Positions 18,275 through 28,621 are shown, counted from the first letter of the stretch. The stretch: 64,000 bases of DNA from Candidatus Latescibacterota bacterium (GCA_963667175.2 CAXXXF010000015.1:160001-224000), one strand, 5' to 3'. Numbers and translations: made by a program. Notes: a model not told the origin generated them from the letters alone.

Positions 18275-19030
18275 ATGAACTCGTACACCGCGATTGCCGG
18301 CGCCCTGCAGAAATCTCTAAACCTTGCCCTGCCTCCCATTGCCGTCTGTATTTCGGACGCAGTGCCCGAAGGCGTACCGGAATACGATGGCCGGGCGCCC
18401 GCCGGCTGTCTGTTCTGGCAGGAGGCAGGAAAAGGCCGCTTTTCCACCCGAACCACCCACCATGAACTGTGCGCCATCGGCGTACACACACACCATATGG
18501 CCAACCCTCCGGCCTCGTACGAAGCGGAACTGGGCGACGTTCTGAAAACCATGGCCGGGATGGATTACGTTCGCGAAGAGGACGTTATGGAGATTCCTGT
18601 GCTGGATAACGAAACCAGGCACGTCATCTACGCCCCTTTGAACGAAACGCCACTCGATCCGTCTGTAGTGCTTCTGTTCGCCCATTCACGTCAGAGCCTG
18701 ATTATTACCGAAGCCGTCCAGCAGGTCGAACCGGCCGTCCCGCCCGCAATGGGCAGGCCCGCCTGCGCCGTGGTTCCCCATGCCGTCAAGACCGGGCGGG
18801 CCGCGCTCAGTCTTGGCTGCTGCGGCGCCAGGGCATACCTGGATGCCCTCACGGACGACGTCGCCGTATGGGCGCTGCCTGGCGACAAGGTACATCTGTA
18901 CGCAGCACGCATCGACGTGTTCGCCAGAGCCAACAACGTCCTGGGCGAATTCCATTCCCTGCGTCGAAAAGACGTCGAAGCCGGTCTTGAACCCACGGTT
19001 TCCGAGTCACTTTCACGGTTGGAGAACTGA
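18275..19030 (+). CDS. DUF169-family Cys-rich protein
   Basis: AGCLFW, HELCAIG, GRPACAVVP, SLGCCGAR. Confidence 0.7.
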   Translation: MNSYTAIAGALQKSLNLALPPIAVCISDAVPEGVPEYDGRAPAGCLFWQEAGKGRFSTRTTHHELCAIGVHTHHMANPPASYEAELGDVLKTMAGMDYVREEDVMEIPVLDNETRHVIYAPLNETPLDPSVVLLFAHSRQSLIITEAVQQVEPAVPPAMGRPACAVVPHAVKTGRAALSLGCCGARAYLDALTDDVAVWALPGDKVHLYAARIDVFARANNVLGEFHSLRRKDVEAGLEPTVSESLSRLEN

Positions 19031-19142
19031 TTGACAACACCGATTTCACGGTGTGCGACTCTTTCGCTTGAAACAGCACGGATGCATGGTATATTGAGAG
19101 AAAATTCCCGCGTCCGCACCTTCACGTCAGACGGAATCCTCA

Positions 19143-19865
19143 ATGCGTTCCACGTCGAAAGAACCAACTCCGGACCTGCGCGAAAAAGGCAAACCCATCA
19201 ATGGACAGACGCAGGCCAGCAACCGACGGCTCTATATGCAGCTGCACGTATTCGGAAACTGCGCGTGCGCGCGCACGCTTGCCCATGCGCTCCGAGATTC
19301 CGGCGTCGACGCCGTCCTGTACGCGGACCTGAACGACCCGTCCGGCGTCGGCATTCTTACGCTATCCGAGTCTCCGGACGCCTTTACGGGGGAAGTCCGC
19401 ACATTGTTGAATACCAGTCCCTTCGCCGAACTTCAACGCCATCCCGACCTTACGATGTTCGGAAGGACCTACGCGCACGGGTACGAGCCCGATCTTGACG
19501 AGGCGCTGTTGAAAAAGCCACGCCGCAAGGTCCTGAACCCGGACTGGCCCTGGGCCGTGTGGTATCCGTTGCGACGCAAACCCGAATTCGGACTGCTGCC
19601 GGGCGAGGATCTGCGCGGGATTCTGGGTGAACACGCCAGAATTGGACGGACCTACGCCGAGGCCGGTTTTGCCCAGGACGTCCGCCTTGCCTGCTACGGC
19701 CTTGACCGCAACGACAATGACTTCGTCATCGGCCTGCTGGGTCCCGAATTGCATCCGCTCTCGCACGTTGTCCAGGAAATGCGGAAGACCCGGCAGACTG
19801 CGCAATACGTGCAATCGCTGGGACCGTTTTTCGTAGGTAAAGCCATCTGGCAAACCCCTCAATGA
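19143..19865 (+). CDS. Chlorite dismutase/coproheme decarboxylase (ChdC/HemQ)-like heme protein
   Basis: WYPLRR, EHARIGR, YGLD..DNDFVIG, VQEMR, GPFFVG. Confidence 0.75.
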   Translation: MRSTSKEPTPDLREKGKPINGQTQASNRRLYMQLHVFGNCACARTLAHALRDSGVDAVLYADLNDPSGVGILTLSESPDAFTGEVRTLLNTSPFAELQRHPDLTMFGRTYAHGYEPDLDEALLKKPRRKVLNPDWPWAVWYPLRRKPEFGLLPGEDLRGILGEHARIGRTYAEAGFAQDVRLACYGLDRNDNDFVIGLLGPELHPLSHVVQEMRKTRQTAQYVQSLGPFFVGKAIWQTPQ

Positions 19866-19913
19866 CCCTGGTGAAAAGACACGTAGAGGAATCTTGAATC
19901 ACGGCAGGCCGAC

Positions 19914-21167
19914 ATGATTCGCAAGATCGAAGTCCTCCGTTACGGCTGCCTGCGTTTCATCAGCCGACCGCTGGATGCGTTCCACGTTCTGGTTGGGCCC
20001 AATGCCAGCGGTAAAACCACCCTGCTGGATGCCATCGCTTTCCTCGGCGATCTCGTCTCCGACGGGCTGGAGGAGACCGTCGAAAAACGCACGGCCGACC
20101 TGCGCGATCTGGTCTGGCGCCGTACCTTCGATCCGTTCGAACTGGCCATCGACCTGAGTATACCGGAACAGAAGACCGACCTTTTCGACAACCGGCAATA
20201 CGATCGGTGCCGGTACGAAGTCACCATCGGGCCGTCAGCTGAAACGGGTGAGACCTCCATTCTGGCCGAACGCGTTCTGCTTCTCCCCGACGCTCCCCAT
20301 GAAGAGCCCGAGTGCGAACAGCAGACGCTTTTCCCGGTCGACCGCCCGATGCCCGACACGCTGGCCCTGCCCCGCGTCAGAGGCGCCAGGACCATCGTGC
20401 ACAAGGTTCACGGGAGCAATGACAACTTCCACTACGAGACCGGTACCGGATGGGACCACTCATTCAAGCTGGGTCCGCGGCGGTCCGCTCTGGCCAATCT
20501 GCCCGAAGACGAGACCCGATATCCCGTAGCGACCTGGCTGAAGGGCGTACTCAACAGCGGAATCCAGCGCCTGGTGCTGAACAGCGCCAGTATGCGTCGT
20601 CCCAGCCCGCCCGGCCGCCCCTCCGGGTTTCAGCCCGATGGATCCAATCTGCCCTGGGTGATCGCCGCCCTGCGTGCCAGCGCACCCGACAGGTTCACGG
20701 CGTGGATCGATTGTCTGCAGTCCGTTCTTCCCGACCTGAGGTCCATTCGCACGATCGAACGTCCTGAGGACCGGCATTGCTATCTGGTTTTCCAGGATCA
20801 AAACGGACTGGAAGCGCCCTCCTGGGCGATTTCAGATGGCACCCTTCGCCTTCTGGCCCTTACACTTCCGGCATACCTGCCGGATTTTGGCGGCGTCCAT
20901 CTGGTAGAAGAACCCGAAAACGGAATTCATCCCCGGGCCGTCGAAACGGTTTTTCGTGCGCTCTCCTCCATAGAAAACGTCCAGGTCCTCTTAACCACAC
21001 ACTCCCCCGTCGTTGTGGGCCTGGCGGAAGACAGTCAGGTCATCTGTTTTTCCAGGACGCAATCCGGCGCCGCCGACCTGGTCCTCAGTACTGAAAATCC
21101 AGCGCTTCGCGAATGGCCGGGCGAGACCGACCTGGGCGCCCTGTTCGCCGACGGCGTGCTGGGATAG
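19914..21167 (+). CDS. AAA_21/ABC-type ATPase resembling defence-associated (MAD3-like) ATPases
   Basis: VGPNASGKT, SDGTLRLLAL, EEPENGIHP, TTHSP; ends LFADGVLG. Confidence 0.8.
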   Translation: MIRKIEVLRYGCLRFISRPLDAFHVLVGPNASGKTTLLDAIAFLGDLVSDGLEETVEKRTADLRDLVWRRTFDPFELAIDLSIPEQKTDLFDNRQYDRCRYEVTIGPSAETGETSILAERVLLLPDAPHEEPECEQQTLFPVDRPMPDTLALPRVRGARTIVHKVHGSNDNFHYETGTGWDHSFKLGPRRSALANLPEDETRYPVATWLKGVLNSGIQRLVLNSASMRRPSPPGRPSGFQPDGSNLPWVIAALRASAPDRFTAWIDCLQSVLPDLRSIRTIERPEDRHCYLVFQDQNGLEAPSWAISDGTLRLLALTLPAYLPDFGGVHLVEEPENGIHPRAVETVFRALSSIENVQVLLTTHSPVVVGLAEDSQVICFSRTQSGAADLVLSTENPALREWPGETDLGALFADGVLG

Positions 21168-21283
21168 AACCGCGTGCGTGGAAGGGGCGAGAGCGGGCGG
21201 ACCCACCGACGACACGACCGCCCGGGCGATTGTATTCCAACTACGTCACTGTGGAATAACAAGGGCATTCGAGGACACGCCCC

Positions 21284-22453
21284 ATGAATGAACTCACTCT
21301 GAAATACGGTTGCAACCCACACCAGAAGCCCGCGAGAATTTACAACGAACACGGCCCGCTGCCCTTCCGTGTCCTGAACGGTTCGGCCGGCTATATAAAC
21401 CTTCTCGATGCGCTCAATTCCTGGCAGCTTGTAAAGGAACTCAGGGAGACGCTCGGCACGCCCGCCGCGGCTTCCTTCAAACACCTCAGCCCCGCCGGCG
21501 CCGCCGTGGCGGCGCCTCTCAGCGAAGACGTGAGAAAAGCTCTGTTTGTGGAAGACCTGGACCTTTCGCCGCCGGCCGTGGCGTACGCCCGCGCCCGGGG
21601 CGCCGACCGGCTTTCTTCGTACGGCGATTGGGCGGCCCTGAGCGACACGGTTGACGTCGCCACCGCCAGGCTTCTTCGCCGGGAGGTCTCCGACGGCGTG
21701 ATTGCGCCCGGATATCATCCGGAAGCCCTGGAAATATTGAAGCGGAAAAAGGGAGGCGTCTACCCGGTCCTTCAAATCGATCCGGATTACATGCCCCGGG
21801 AGACCGAGCGTCGTGAGGTATTCGGACTCACCTTCGAGCAGCAGTCCAACACCCGGTCCACCGGCCCTGAGATATTGAAAGACGTCGTCACCCGCAATCG
21901 GGAAATCCCGCCGGAAAAGGCCCGCGATATGCTGGTGGCCACGATAACGCTCAAGTTCACCCAGTCCAACTCCATCTGCTTCGCACTGCAAGGTCAGGCA
22001 ATCGGCGTGGGCGCGGGCCAGCAAAACCGTCTTGCGTGCACGGACATTGCCGCCAGGAAAGCCGAAGCATGGTTTCTGCGCCAGCACCCGGCGGTGCTCG
22101 ATCTGAAATTCAGACGGGGCGCCAGGCGGCCCGAGAAGATAAACGCCATCGAACGCTATCTCAAGGGGGACATGACTCCCGAAGAACAGAGCGTCTGGCG
22201 CGCTTCATTCCGCAAAGCGCCGCCGCCGCTCCGGGAATCGTCCAGGCGGGAATGGCTGCATCGCCTCAAGGGTGTCACTCTGGGCTCCGACGCGTATATT
22301 CCCTTTCGCGACAACATCGACCGCGCCGCCCGAACGGGGGTGGAATACGTGATTCAGACGGGCGGTTCCGTACAGGACGATGCCGTAACCGCCGCCGCCG
22401 ACGAATATGGCATGGTCATGGTCAACACCGGCATCAGGCTCTTTCATCACTGA
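21284..22453 (+). CDS. purH: AICAR transformylase (PurH short form lacking the N-terminal IMP cyclohydrolase domain)
   Basis: LKYGCNPHQ, SFKHLSPAG, KFTQSNS, GAGQQNR, SDAYIPFRD, RLFHH. Confidence 0.9.
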   Translation: MNELTLKYGCNPHQKPARIYNEHGPLPFRVLNGSAGYINLLDALNSWQLVKELRETLGTPAAASFKHLSPAGAAVAAPLSEDVRKALFVEDLDLSPPAVAYARARGADRLSSYGDWAALSDTVDVATARLLRREVSDGVIAPGYHPEALEILKRKKGGVYPVLQIDPDYMPRETERREVFGLTFEQQSNTRSTGPEILKDVVTRNREIPPEKARDMLVATITLKFTQSNSICFALQGQAIGVGAGQQNRLACTDIAARKAEAWFLRQHPAVLDLKFRRGARRPEKINAIERYLKGDMTPEEQSVWRASFRKAPPPLRESSRREWLHRLKGVTLGSDAYIPFRDNIDRAARTGVEYVIQTGGSVQDDAVTAAADEYGMVMVNTGIRLFHH

Positions 22454-22501
22454 CCTTGATTCGTCAATTTTCGCTAACGTCAAATCGAACGTACGCAAGG
22501 T
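22453..22501. repeat. 49-bp intergenic motif, copy 1
   Basis: Near-identical to 26206-26253; ends ACCTTG/CAAGGT are inverted. Confidence 0.75.
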
Positions 22502-22555
22502 GACGTTGAGATGACCGAAATTCTCCAAAAGAGTGAAAAAGTGCCAAATTTCCCG

Positions 22556-22584
22556 TTGACGACCGCGCGAACGGGCCTTATATT
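22556..22584 (+). promoter_or_regulatory. sigma70-type promoter of the RpoD-family sigma gene
   Basis: TTGACG-N17-TATATT. Confidence 0.55.
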
Positions 22585-22673
22585 TATCGTCCGACACGGC
22601 GTCAGGACGCCACAAATCCAGGATAAGCCGGTGTACCTGAGGCATACACCGCAGCAAATGGAGATTTTCGGAC

Positions 22674-23510
22674 ATGCAATCCAGAGGATCGATTGGCGAC
22701 ACAGAAATCTATCTGCGCGATATCCGAAAATTCACGCCGCTGAGCAGGGAAGACGAAGCCGACGTGATCGCTGACGCCCAGAAGGGAAACCGCAGAGCTC
22801 TTGACCGTCTCATCACCGCCAATCTCCGATTTGTCGTCCGAATCGCTCGGGAATACAGCGGACGGGGTCTTCCCCTCTCCGACCTGATCGCCGAGGGCAA
22901 CCTGGGTCTGATTCGAGCCACACGGACATTCGATCTGGCGCGCGGGCACAAATTCATCACGTACGCGGTCTGGTGGATTCGTCAGGCGATACTGTCGGCA
23001 CTCAACAAATATTCCCATCCGGTTGTGTTTCCGGTGAATCAGATCGACGACCTCGACATCATCAACAGGACCAAGAACGCCCTCTCGCAATCGCTGGGCC
23101 GGATTCCCGATCTGGGCGAGCTTGTCGAGAAGACCGGCATGCCGCTCCGAAGGCTGCGCCGCGCCCTCGAGGCCAACCGGTCTACCGTATCGCTGGACAG
23201 CCCCACGCACGAAGGGTCTTCCGGCGTATACGCAGACACGCTTCCATCCCAGGACTCCCGCCCTGACGAACAATTCGAGGATGCCCGGATCAAGAAGCTG
23301 TTGAAGGAATGCCTGAATCGGTTACCGCGACGCGAAGCGCGGATACTGAGTCTGTATTTCGGTCTGGATTCCGATAAGCCGGAGCCCCTCGAACGGATCG
23401 GCAGACGCCTGCAGATCAGCAGGGAACGCGTCCGACAACTGAAAGACAGGGCGCTCAACAGGCTCCGGCTCAACTTCGTGCAGGAAAACATGATTTCGCA
23501 GACGGAATAA
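22674..23510 (+). CDS. RpoD/SigA-family sigma factor, short form lacking region 1.1
   Basis: NLRFVV, DLIAEGNLGLI, KFITYAVWWIRQAI, ISRERVRQ. Confidence 0.9.
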   Translation: MQSRGSIGDTEIYLRDIRKFTPLSREDEADVIADAQKGNRRALDRLITANLRFVVRIAREYSGRGLPLSDLIAEGNLGLIRATRTFDLARGHKFITYAVWWIRQAILSALNKYSHPVVFPVNQIDDLDIINRTKNALSQSLGRIPDLGELVEKTGMPLRRLRRALEANRSTVSLDSPTHEGSSGVYADTLPSQDSRPDEQFEDARIKKLLKECLNRLPRREARILSLYFGLDSDKPEPLERIGRRLQISRERVRQLKDRALNRLRLNFVQENMISQTE

Positions 23511-23524
23511 AACGACACCCACAC

Positions 23525-23558
23525 AAAAAAAGGCGGCCTGAGTGGCCGCCCTTTTTTT
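23525..23558. terminator. Bidirectional intrinsic terminator
   Basis: A7-GGCGGCC-tgagt-GGCCGCC-c-T7 between convergent genes. Confidence 0.85.
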
Positions 23559-23600
23559 GTACATACGTTACCCGCTTACTGCCCCGAATAACCCCGTCGG

Positions 23601-24779
23601 TTACTTGGTCATCTGCTGCCTCAACAGCTGCATCTCCCGCTGGAGACGAAGGACTTCACGATACAGGACCTCGTTGCCCCGCTGGATTGAAAGCTGAGAC
23701 GAGGCCGAAAATGCGTCGAAGCCAGCGGGCGGGAATCCACCGGATTCCGGCGAAAGCTCGCCCACCTCGACGCGGGGCGTGTCCGGCTGCTCACCCCGCT
23801 TGATCTTCATCCGGACCTCGGTTCCGGGCGTTGTGGAAAGGACCAGGCTCTGCAGATGTTCGGCGCTCTCCACCTGCTGGTTCTGGAACGCAATAATCAG
23901 ATCGCCCTGCACGATACCACTACTGGCCGCAGGTCCGTCGGGCGCAATGCTGTCGACGCGCACGCCGTGGTATTCGGGAACGTATTCTCCCGTGACACCC
24001 AGCCATCCGTATACGGTCCGTGAACCGTTCAGGAGACGTTGCGCGATACGAATCGCGCGGTTGATGGGTACCACAAATACAGTGGTTTGAATCTCCAGCG
24101 CCATTCGGGCGCCCGGCGCCGCGTCGAGCGGGGCGCCGGACCACGGTTCCGGCCTTAACGACGCCCAAACAAGACCCAGGGTCTCCCCGGAGCTGCAAAA
24201 CACCGGCGCGCCGCCAAAACTGAGGCGCACCGGCGCCCCAATGTAAATCAGGTCCTGTGTGCGGTCAACATTGTGAACCGAGCCAAACGAAGGCACCAGA
24301 TTTCCGAAGCTGTTGCCAAGTATAAACGCGCAGTGGCCCACGCGAACCCGGTCGGAATCCCCGATCGCAATGGGTTGCAGACCTTCCGCTTCGACCCGGA
24401 TAACCGCCACTTCCGAAACCGGATCCGATGCCACGAAACGGGCCGGGAGACGACGCTCCGTACTCAGGGTTACCCAGATCTCCTCGGCGCCTTTAACAGC
24501 ACGATGGACCGTAATGATGTTGCCCGTGGTATCCAGGACGAATCCGGTGCCATGCATGAATCCCTTGCCGTACTGCAGTCCTTCGACCGACCCCGCATGG
24601 GTAAAGCTGGTATGGACGCGCACGACTCCGGGCCTGTTCTTTTCCAGGATCTCGGCTCTCTCTTCGTCGATGCCCTTGAGCACGCCGCCGCCGACGCACT
24701 CCTTCGCACCCGGCCCGGCCAAGAGTAACCCCGTTAAAAGGGGAACCGTCCACAGGGGTCTGTACCGTCGTGTTTTCAT
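23601..24779 (-). CDS. HtrA/S1C trypsin-like + PDZ protein, probably catalytically inactive
   Basis: GTGFVLD, IGDSDRVRVG, GWLGV, GPAASSGIVQGDLI; the GNSGG motif is replaced by LSFGGAP. Confidence 0.8.
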   Translation of the reverse strand: MKTRRYRPLWTVPLLTGLLLAGPGAKECVGGGVLKGIDEERAEILEKNRPGVVRVHTSFTHAGSVEGLQYGKGFMHGTGFVLDTTGNIITVHRAVKGAEEIWVTLSTERRLPARFVASDPVSEVAVIRVEAEGLQPIAIGDSDRVRVGHCAFILGNSFGNLVPSFGSVHNVDRTQDLIYIGAPVRLSFGGAPVFCSSGETLGLVWASLRPEPWSGAPLDAAPGARMALEIQTTVFVVPINRAIRIAQRLLNGSRTVYGWLGVTGEYVPEYHGVRVDSIAPDGPAASSGIVQGDLIIAFQNQQVESAEHLQSLVLSTTPGTEVRMKIKRGEQPDTPRVEVGELSPESGGFPPAGFDAFSASSQLSIQRGNEVLYREVLRLQREMQLLRQQMTK

Positions 24780-24812
24780 CCTACGAGTCGACTTTCTCTC
24801 CCCAGAGATTCA

Positions 24813-25415
24813 CTAAAAGGACACCCGGCGCACGTTTGCCAGGTGTCTACCCGGCCGCTTAAGAACCATGGACGCGCCCTTTACGGAATCCGCCCGTCCG
24901 GTCCGATGAACCTGTTCTGAAAACAGTAACGAGGCTTTCTGTGGAAGCATCTTTAACGCGCCACGCCGGTCCCCGGCAGGAAACGGGGCAAACGCGGGCG
25001 CAACCACCGTCAATTGACGTACGTGATCATTGGCGACCGCGCGTGTTTCCGGCGCCTCGTCGAGTGCCGTGGTCATGCCCAGCGCCATCAGCACAACGGC
25101 CGCCGCCGATGCAACCGCTCTTGGTATGGTCGGAAAAAATACGTCGGGCAGTCTGTTCCAGAACGAAGGCTTTTGTGCCGCCTCCATCATCAGACGGCTC
25201 CGAAGCGCAAAATCGAAGCCTGCGGAAGGTTTCTCACGCGACATCCGGGCCAACCGCCGGGTCAGGTTCCTGACGCCTTCCAGCGAATTTGCGCAGGCAG
25301 CGCACGCTTGCGCATGGCTTTCCATCTGCGCCCGCTTTGTACCTGCGACCTCGTTTTCGAGATAGTCCGATAATCGGGCCGCAAACTCGCCGCAAGTGAT
25401 GTGACCCTCACCCAT
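24813..25415 (-). CDS. Zinc-finger (ZAS/zf-HC2) transmembrane anti-sigma factor
   Basis: C..F..RLSDYLE...HAQACAAC, single TM segment; GGAGG RBS before ATG 25415. Confidence 0.85.
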   Translation of the reverse strand: MGEGHITCGEFAARLSDYLENEVAGTKRAQMESHAQACAACANSLEGVRNLTRRLARMSREKPSAGFDFALRSRLMMEAAQKPSFWNRLPDVFFPTIPRAVASAAAVVLMALGMTTALDEAPETRAVANDHVRQLTVVAPAFAPFPAGDRRGALKMLPQKASLLFSEQVHRTGRADSVKGASMVLKRPGRHLANVRRVSF

Positions 25416-25481
25416 GTTCTTCCTCCAATGTTCCCACTCGTTGACCAATTTCCGTGCGGTTCGGCAGACGGTATCAGGCTT

Positions 25482-26087
25482 TCAGACCACCAACCCGACG
25501 TCCCTTCCTTCGTTTTTCAGCTTTTGCTGCAGTTTCAGACGAGCCCGGTTCACGCGGGACTTGACCGTACCCACCGGACACCGGCTGATCTTTGCAATCT
25601 CCTGGTACGACAGTCCCTCGACGTCCCGAAGCAGGATGACCTGCCGGTAGTTTTCCGACAGAGACATGATGGCCTGATGAATCTGTACATCCGCGATTGA
25701 AGATTCGGTGATCCGATCCGGCCGGTACGACTCGTCGGGCAGTTCAATCCCTGTCTCGTTCTCGTCGTCCCGGTGAAGCGGAAACAGCCGCCAGCGTTTT
25801 CGACGCCTCAATTCGCTCTTGGCCAGGTTGCCGGCAATTGTAAACAACCAGGTGGAGAAATTCGCGATCGCCCGATATTCGTTCCGTTTGCGATACGCCC
25901 TGAGGAAGGCCTCCTGTACGATATCCTCCGCTGTCTCCCGGTCGCCGACGAATCGAAAGACAAAATTGTATAACCGACCTCTGTAACGATTGACAATCTT
26001 TCCATAGGCTTCAATATCGCCATTCGCAACGTCCGTCAGAATATCAACGTCCGAAACCGTACCGTTTTCCGTGCCCGCCATAAGCAT
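25482..26087 (-). CDS. ECF sigma factor (RpoE/SigW-like)
   Basis: AEDIVQEAFLRAY, FSTWLFTIA, GLSYQEIA, GTVKSRVNRAR. Confidence 0.9.
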   Translation of the reverse strand: MLMAGTENGTVSDVDILTDVANGDIEAYGKIVNRYRGRLYNFVFRFVGDRETAEDIVQEAFLRAYRKRNEYRAIANFSTWLFTIAGNLAKSELRRRKRWRLFPLHRDDENETGIELPDESYRPDRITESSIADVQIHQAIMSLSENYRQVILLRDVEGLSYQEIAKISRCPVGTVKSRVNRARLKLQQKLKNEGRDVGLVV

Positions 26088-26167
26088 TGACTTCCCCCCT
26101 TTCACCTGCCACGTCCTTGGGAATGGGGTCTGCTAAACCCTCAATCCAGACGATTGCCGAACAGCTT

Positions 26168-26195
26168 TTAAACCCTCTGGTTTGAGAAAGGTTCC
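26168..26195 (-). promoter_or_regulatory. Candidate ECF autoregulatory promoter
   Basis: Minus strand GGAACC-N16-GTTTAA about 80 nt upstream of the ECF sigma start. Confidence 0.55.
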
Positions 26196-26205
26196 CGAAA
26201 AGCCA

Positions 26206-26253
26206 ACCTTGATTCGTCATTTTTCGGTGACGTTAAATCGAACGTACGCAGGT
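26206..26253. repeat. 48-bp intergenic motif, copy 2
   Basis: ACCTTGATTCGTCATTTTTCGGTGACGTTAAATCGAACGTACGCAGGT versus 22453-22501. Confidence 0.75.
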
Positions 26254-26540
26254 TAATAAAGGCGATTTAACATCCGATTTCCAGGATACATCCGGTCACT
26301 GGACGTGAACGGAAAAAATGTACAATTCAACGACGTTTTCGTCCCGGTTCGGAAGGGTTTGTCGCGTCGCCGCGTTGCTGCTTTTGGAGAATCTCCACGC
26401 TTTCGATGGGGTTTCTCCGCTTGACATCCGGCGCCGTTGTGGGTTAATTATAGCCGTTCCAACCAGGAATCGCAAGACCCGCACGTACCCACGTCGAATC
26501 TGCCATTTCAACCGTTCAAAACCGAATGAAGGGGTTTTCA

Positions 26541-28541
26541 ATGGCGGCACATCCAGACCGGACGATAGAACGGGGCGGGCGATATTTCCCGCCTCAGAAA
26601 CTCGGTGAACAGGCCCACGTCAGTGGTTTCGAAGCATACGAGCGGCGGTATAAGGAATCCATCAGGGACGTCGAGGCATTCTGGGCCGACGTGGCGGGAG
26701 ATTTCCACTGGTTCAGAAAATGGGATAACGTACGCGCGTATAACTACAACCTTAATGAGGGACCCATCTCCATCCGATGGTTTGAAGGCGCGAAAACCAG
26801 CATCGCGTACAACTGCCTCGACCGTCACCTGCAACCACGCGGAGACCAGATTGCCATCATCTGGGAAGGCAATGAACCGGGTGAAGACGGAAAGCTGACC
26901 TACCGGGAACTCCACGAGCAGGTCTGCAAATTCGCCAACGTGCTGAAGTCTCGAGGCGTGGACAAGGGTGACCGGGTTTCCATCTATATGCCAATGATCC
27001 CCGAACTGGCCATCGCGATGCTCGCATGCGCCAGGATCGGCGCCGTACACTCCATCGTATTCGGCGGCTTTTCCGCCGATGCGCTTGCCGACCGAATTGT
27101 CGATTCCACCTGCCGGGTTGTCATTACTACCGACGGCATGTTTCGGGGCGACCGGCCGATGGAGCGCAAGGCTTTCGCCGACCACGCCATGGCCAATGCC
27201 GATGCACGCATGAACGGCAAATCCGTGGAAACCTGCATTGTCGTCCGCCGCGTGGGCGAACATCAGGGTGTTTCATGTCCCATGCAGGACGGCAGAGACA
27301 TCTGGTGGCACGACGCCATGGCAACCGCCAGTCCGGATTGTCCCTGCGAAGAGATGGACGCTGAAGATCCGCTATACATCCTGTATACCTCCGGGTCCAC
27401 CGGCAAACCCAAGGGCGTGCAGCACAATGTCGGCGGATATATGGTATACACCGCCTATTCCCACAAAAATGTCTTCGACTATCATGATGGCGACGTTTAT
27501 TTCTGCGCCGCCGACATCGGGTGGGTCACAGGACACTCGTACATCATCTACGGTCCATTGGCGAATGGCGCAACCACCGTCATGTTCGAAAGCACACCGG
27601 TCTATCCCGATCCGGGGCGCTATTGGCAGGTCATCGACAAATACAAGGTCAATCAGTTCTATACGGCGCCTACGGCGATCCGGGCAGTCGCGAAAGAGGG
27701 GGAAGCGTGGCCGGCCAAATACGACCTCTCTTCGCTGAAGCTTCTGGGGACCGTTGGCGAGCCCATCAATCCGGAAGCCTGGATGTGGTACCACAACAAC
27801 GTGGGGCGGGGCCGGTGTCCCATAGTCGACACCTGGTGGCAGACCGAAACCGGCGGTATTCTCATCACCCCGCTTCCGGGCGCAACGGCCACGAAGCCCG
27901 GCTCTGCTACCTTTCCCTTCTTCGGTATCCGACCGGTCGTCCTCGATCCGGAGACCGGCAGGGAACTGGAAGGGAACGACGTCCAGGGCGTTCTGGCGAT
28001 CGCGGAACCCTGGCCCGGCCAGATGCGCACCGTGTACGGCGACCACAACCGATTCGAGGAAACCTACTTCCAGCAATACAAAGGCTATTATTTCACCGGA
28101 GACGGATGCCGCAGGGACGAAGACGGCTATTACTGGATCACCGGTCGGGTGGATGACGTCATCAACATTTCCGGTCACCGCATGGGCACGGCCGAGGTGG
28201 AGTCCGCCCTTGTCTCTCACGAGGGCGTGGCGGAAGCGGCGGTGGTGGGTTTCCCGCACGATATCAAGGGCCAGGGAATCTACGCCTACGTAACCCTGAA
28301 CGTGGGCGTGGAATACGTCGATGCGTTGAAAGACGAACTGAAGTCCTGGGTTCGAAAGGAGATCGGTCCCATCGCCACACCCGACGTGATCCACTGGGCG
28401 CCGGGGCTGCCCAAAACCCGATCAGGCAAAATTATGCGCCGTATCCTGCGCAAAATAGCCGCTGACGACACCGGCGATCTCGGTGACACGTCCACGCTTG
28501 CGGAGCCGGCGGTTGTGGATCAGCTTCTGGAGAATCGGTAG
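26541..28541 (+). CDS. acs: Acetate--CoA ligase
   Basis: [36 protein letters not shown]. Confidence 0.95.
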   Translation: MAAHPDRTIERGGRYFPPQKLGEQAHVSGFEAYERRYKESIRDVEAFWADVAGDFHWFRKWDNVRAYNYNLNEGPISIRWFEGAKTSIAYNCLDRHLQPRGDQIAIIWEGNEPGEDGKLTYRELHEQVCKFANVLKSRGVDKGDRVSIYMPMIPELAIAMLACARIGAVHSIVFGGFSADALADRIVDSTCRVVITTDGMFRGDRPMERKAFADHAMANADARMNGKSVETCIVVRRVGEHQGVSCPMQDGRDIWWHDAMATASPDCPCEEMDAEDPLYILYTSGSTGKPKGVQHNVGGYMVYTAYSHKNVFDYHDGDVYFCAADIGWVTGHSYIIYGPLANGATTVMFESTPVYPDPGRYWQVIDKYKVNQFYTAPTAIRAVAKEGEAWPAKYDLSSLKLLGTVGEPINPEAWMWYHNNVGRGRCPIVDTWWQTETGGILITPLPGATATKPGSATFPFFGIRPVVLDPETGRELEGNDVQGVLAIAEPWPGQMRTVYGDHNRFEETYFQQYKGYYFTGDGCRRDEDGYYWITGRVDDVINISGHRMGTAEVESALVSHEGVAEAAVVGFPHDIKGQGIYAYVTLNVGVEYVDALKDELKSWVRKEIGPIATPDVIHWAPGLPKTRSGKIMRRILRKIAADDTGDLGDTSTLAEPAVVDQLLENR

Positions 28542-28563
28542 CAATCAGATTTGAATGCAGAAC

Positions 28564-28595
28564 GTCAAGAGGGAGCCGGATGGCTCCCTCTTGAC
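28564..28595 (+). terminator. Hairpin after acs
   Basis: GTCAAGAGGGAGCC-ggat-GGCTCCCTCTTGAC. Confidence 0.55.
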
Positions 28596-28621
28596 GTATT
28601 TACGTGACGCATCGTACCGGC

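Noticed and set aside
21170-21283. Possible ZMP/ZTP riboswitch upstream of purH (CGACCGCCCGGGC resembles its 3' hairpin)
   Set aside because: The conserved ACUGGCG and GGGRAG elements and the P1 stem are missing; a simple CGGGCGG/CCGCCCG hairpin explains the sequence.
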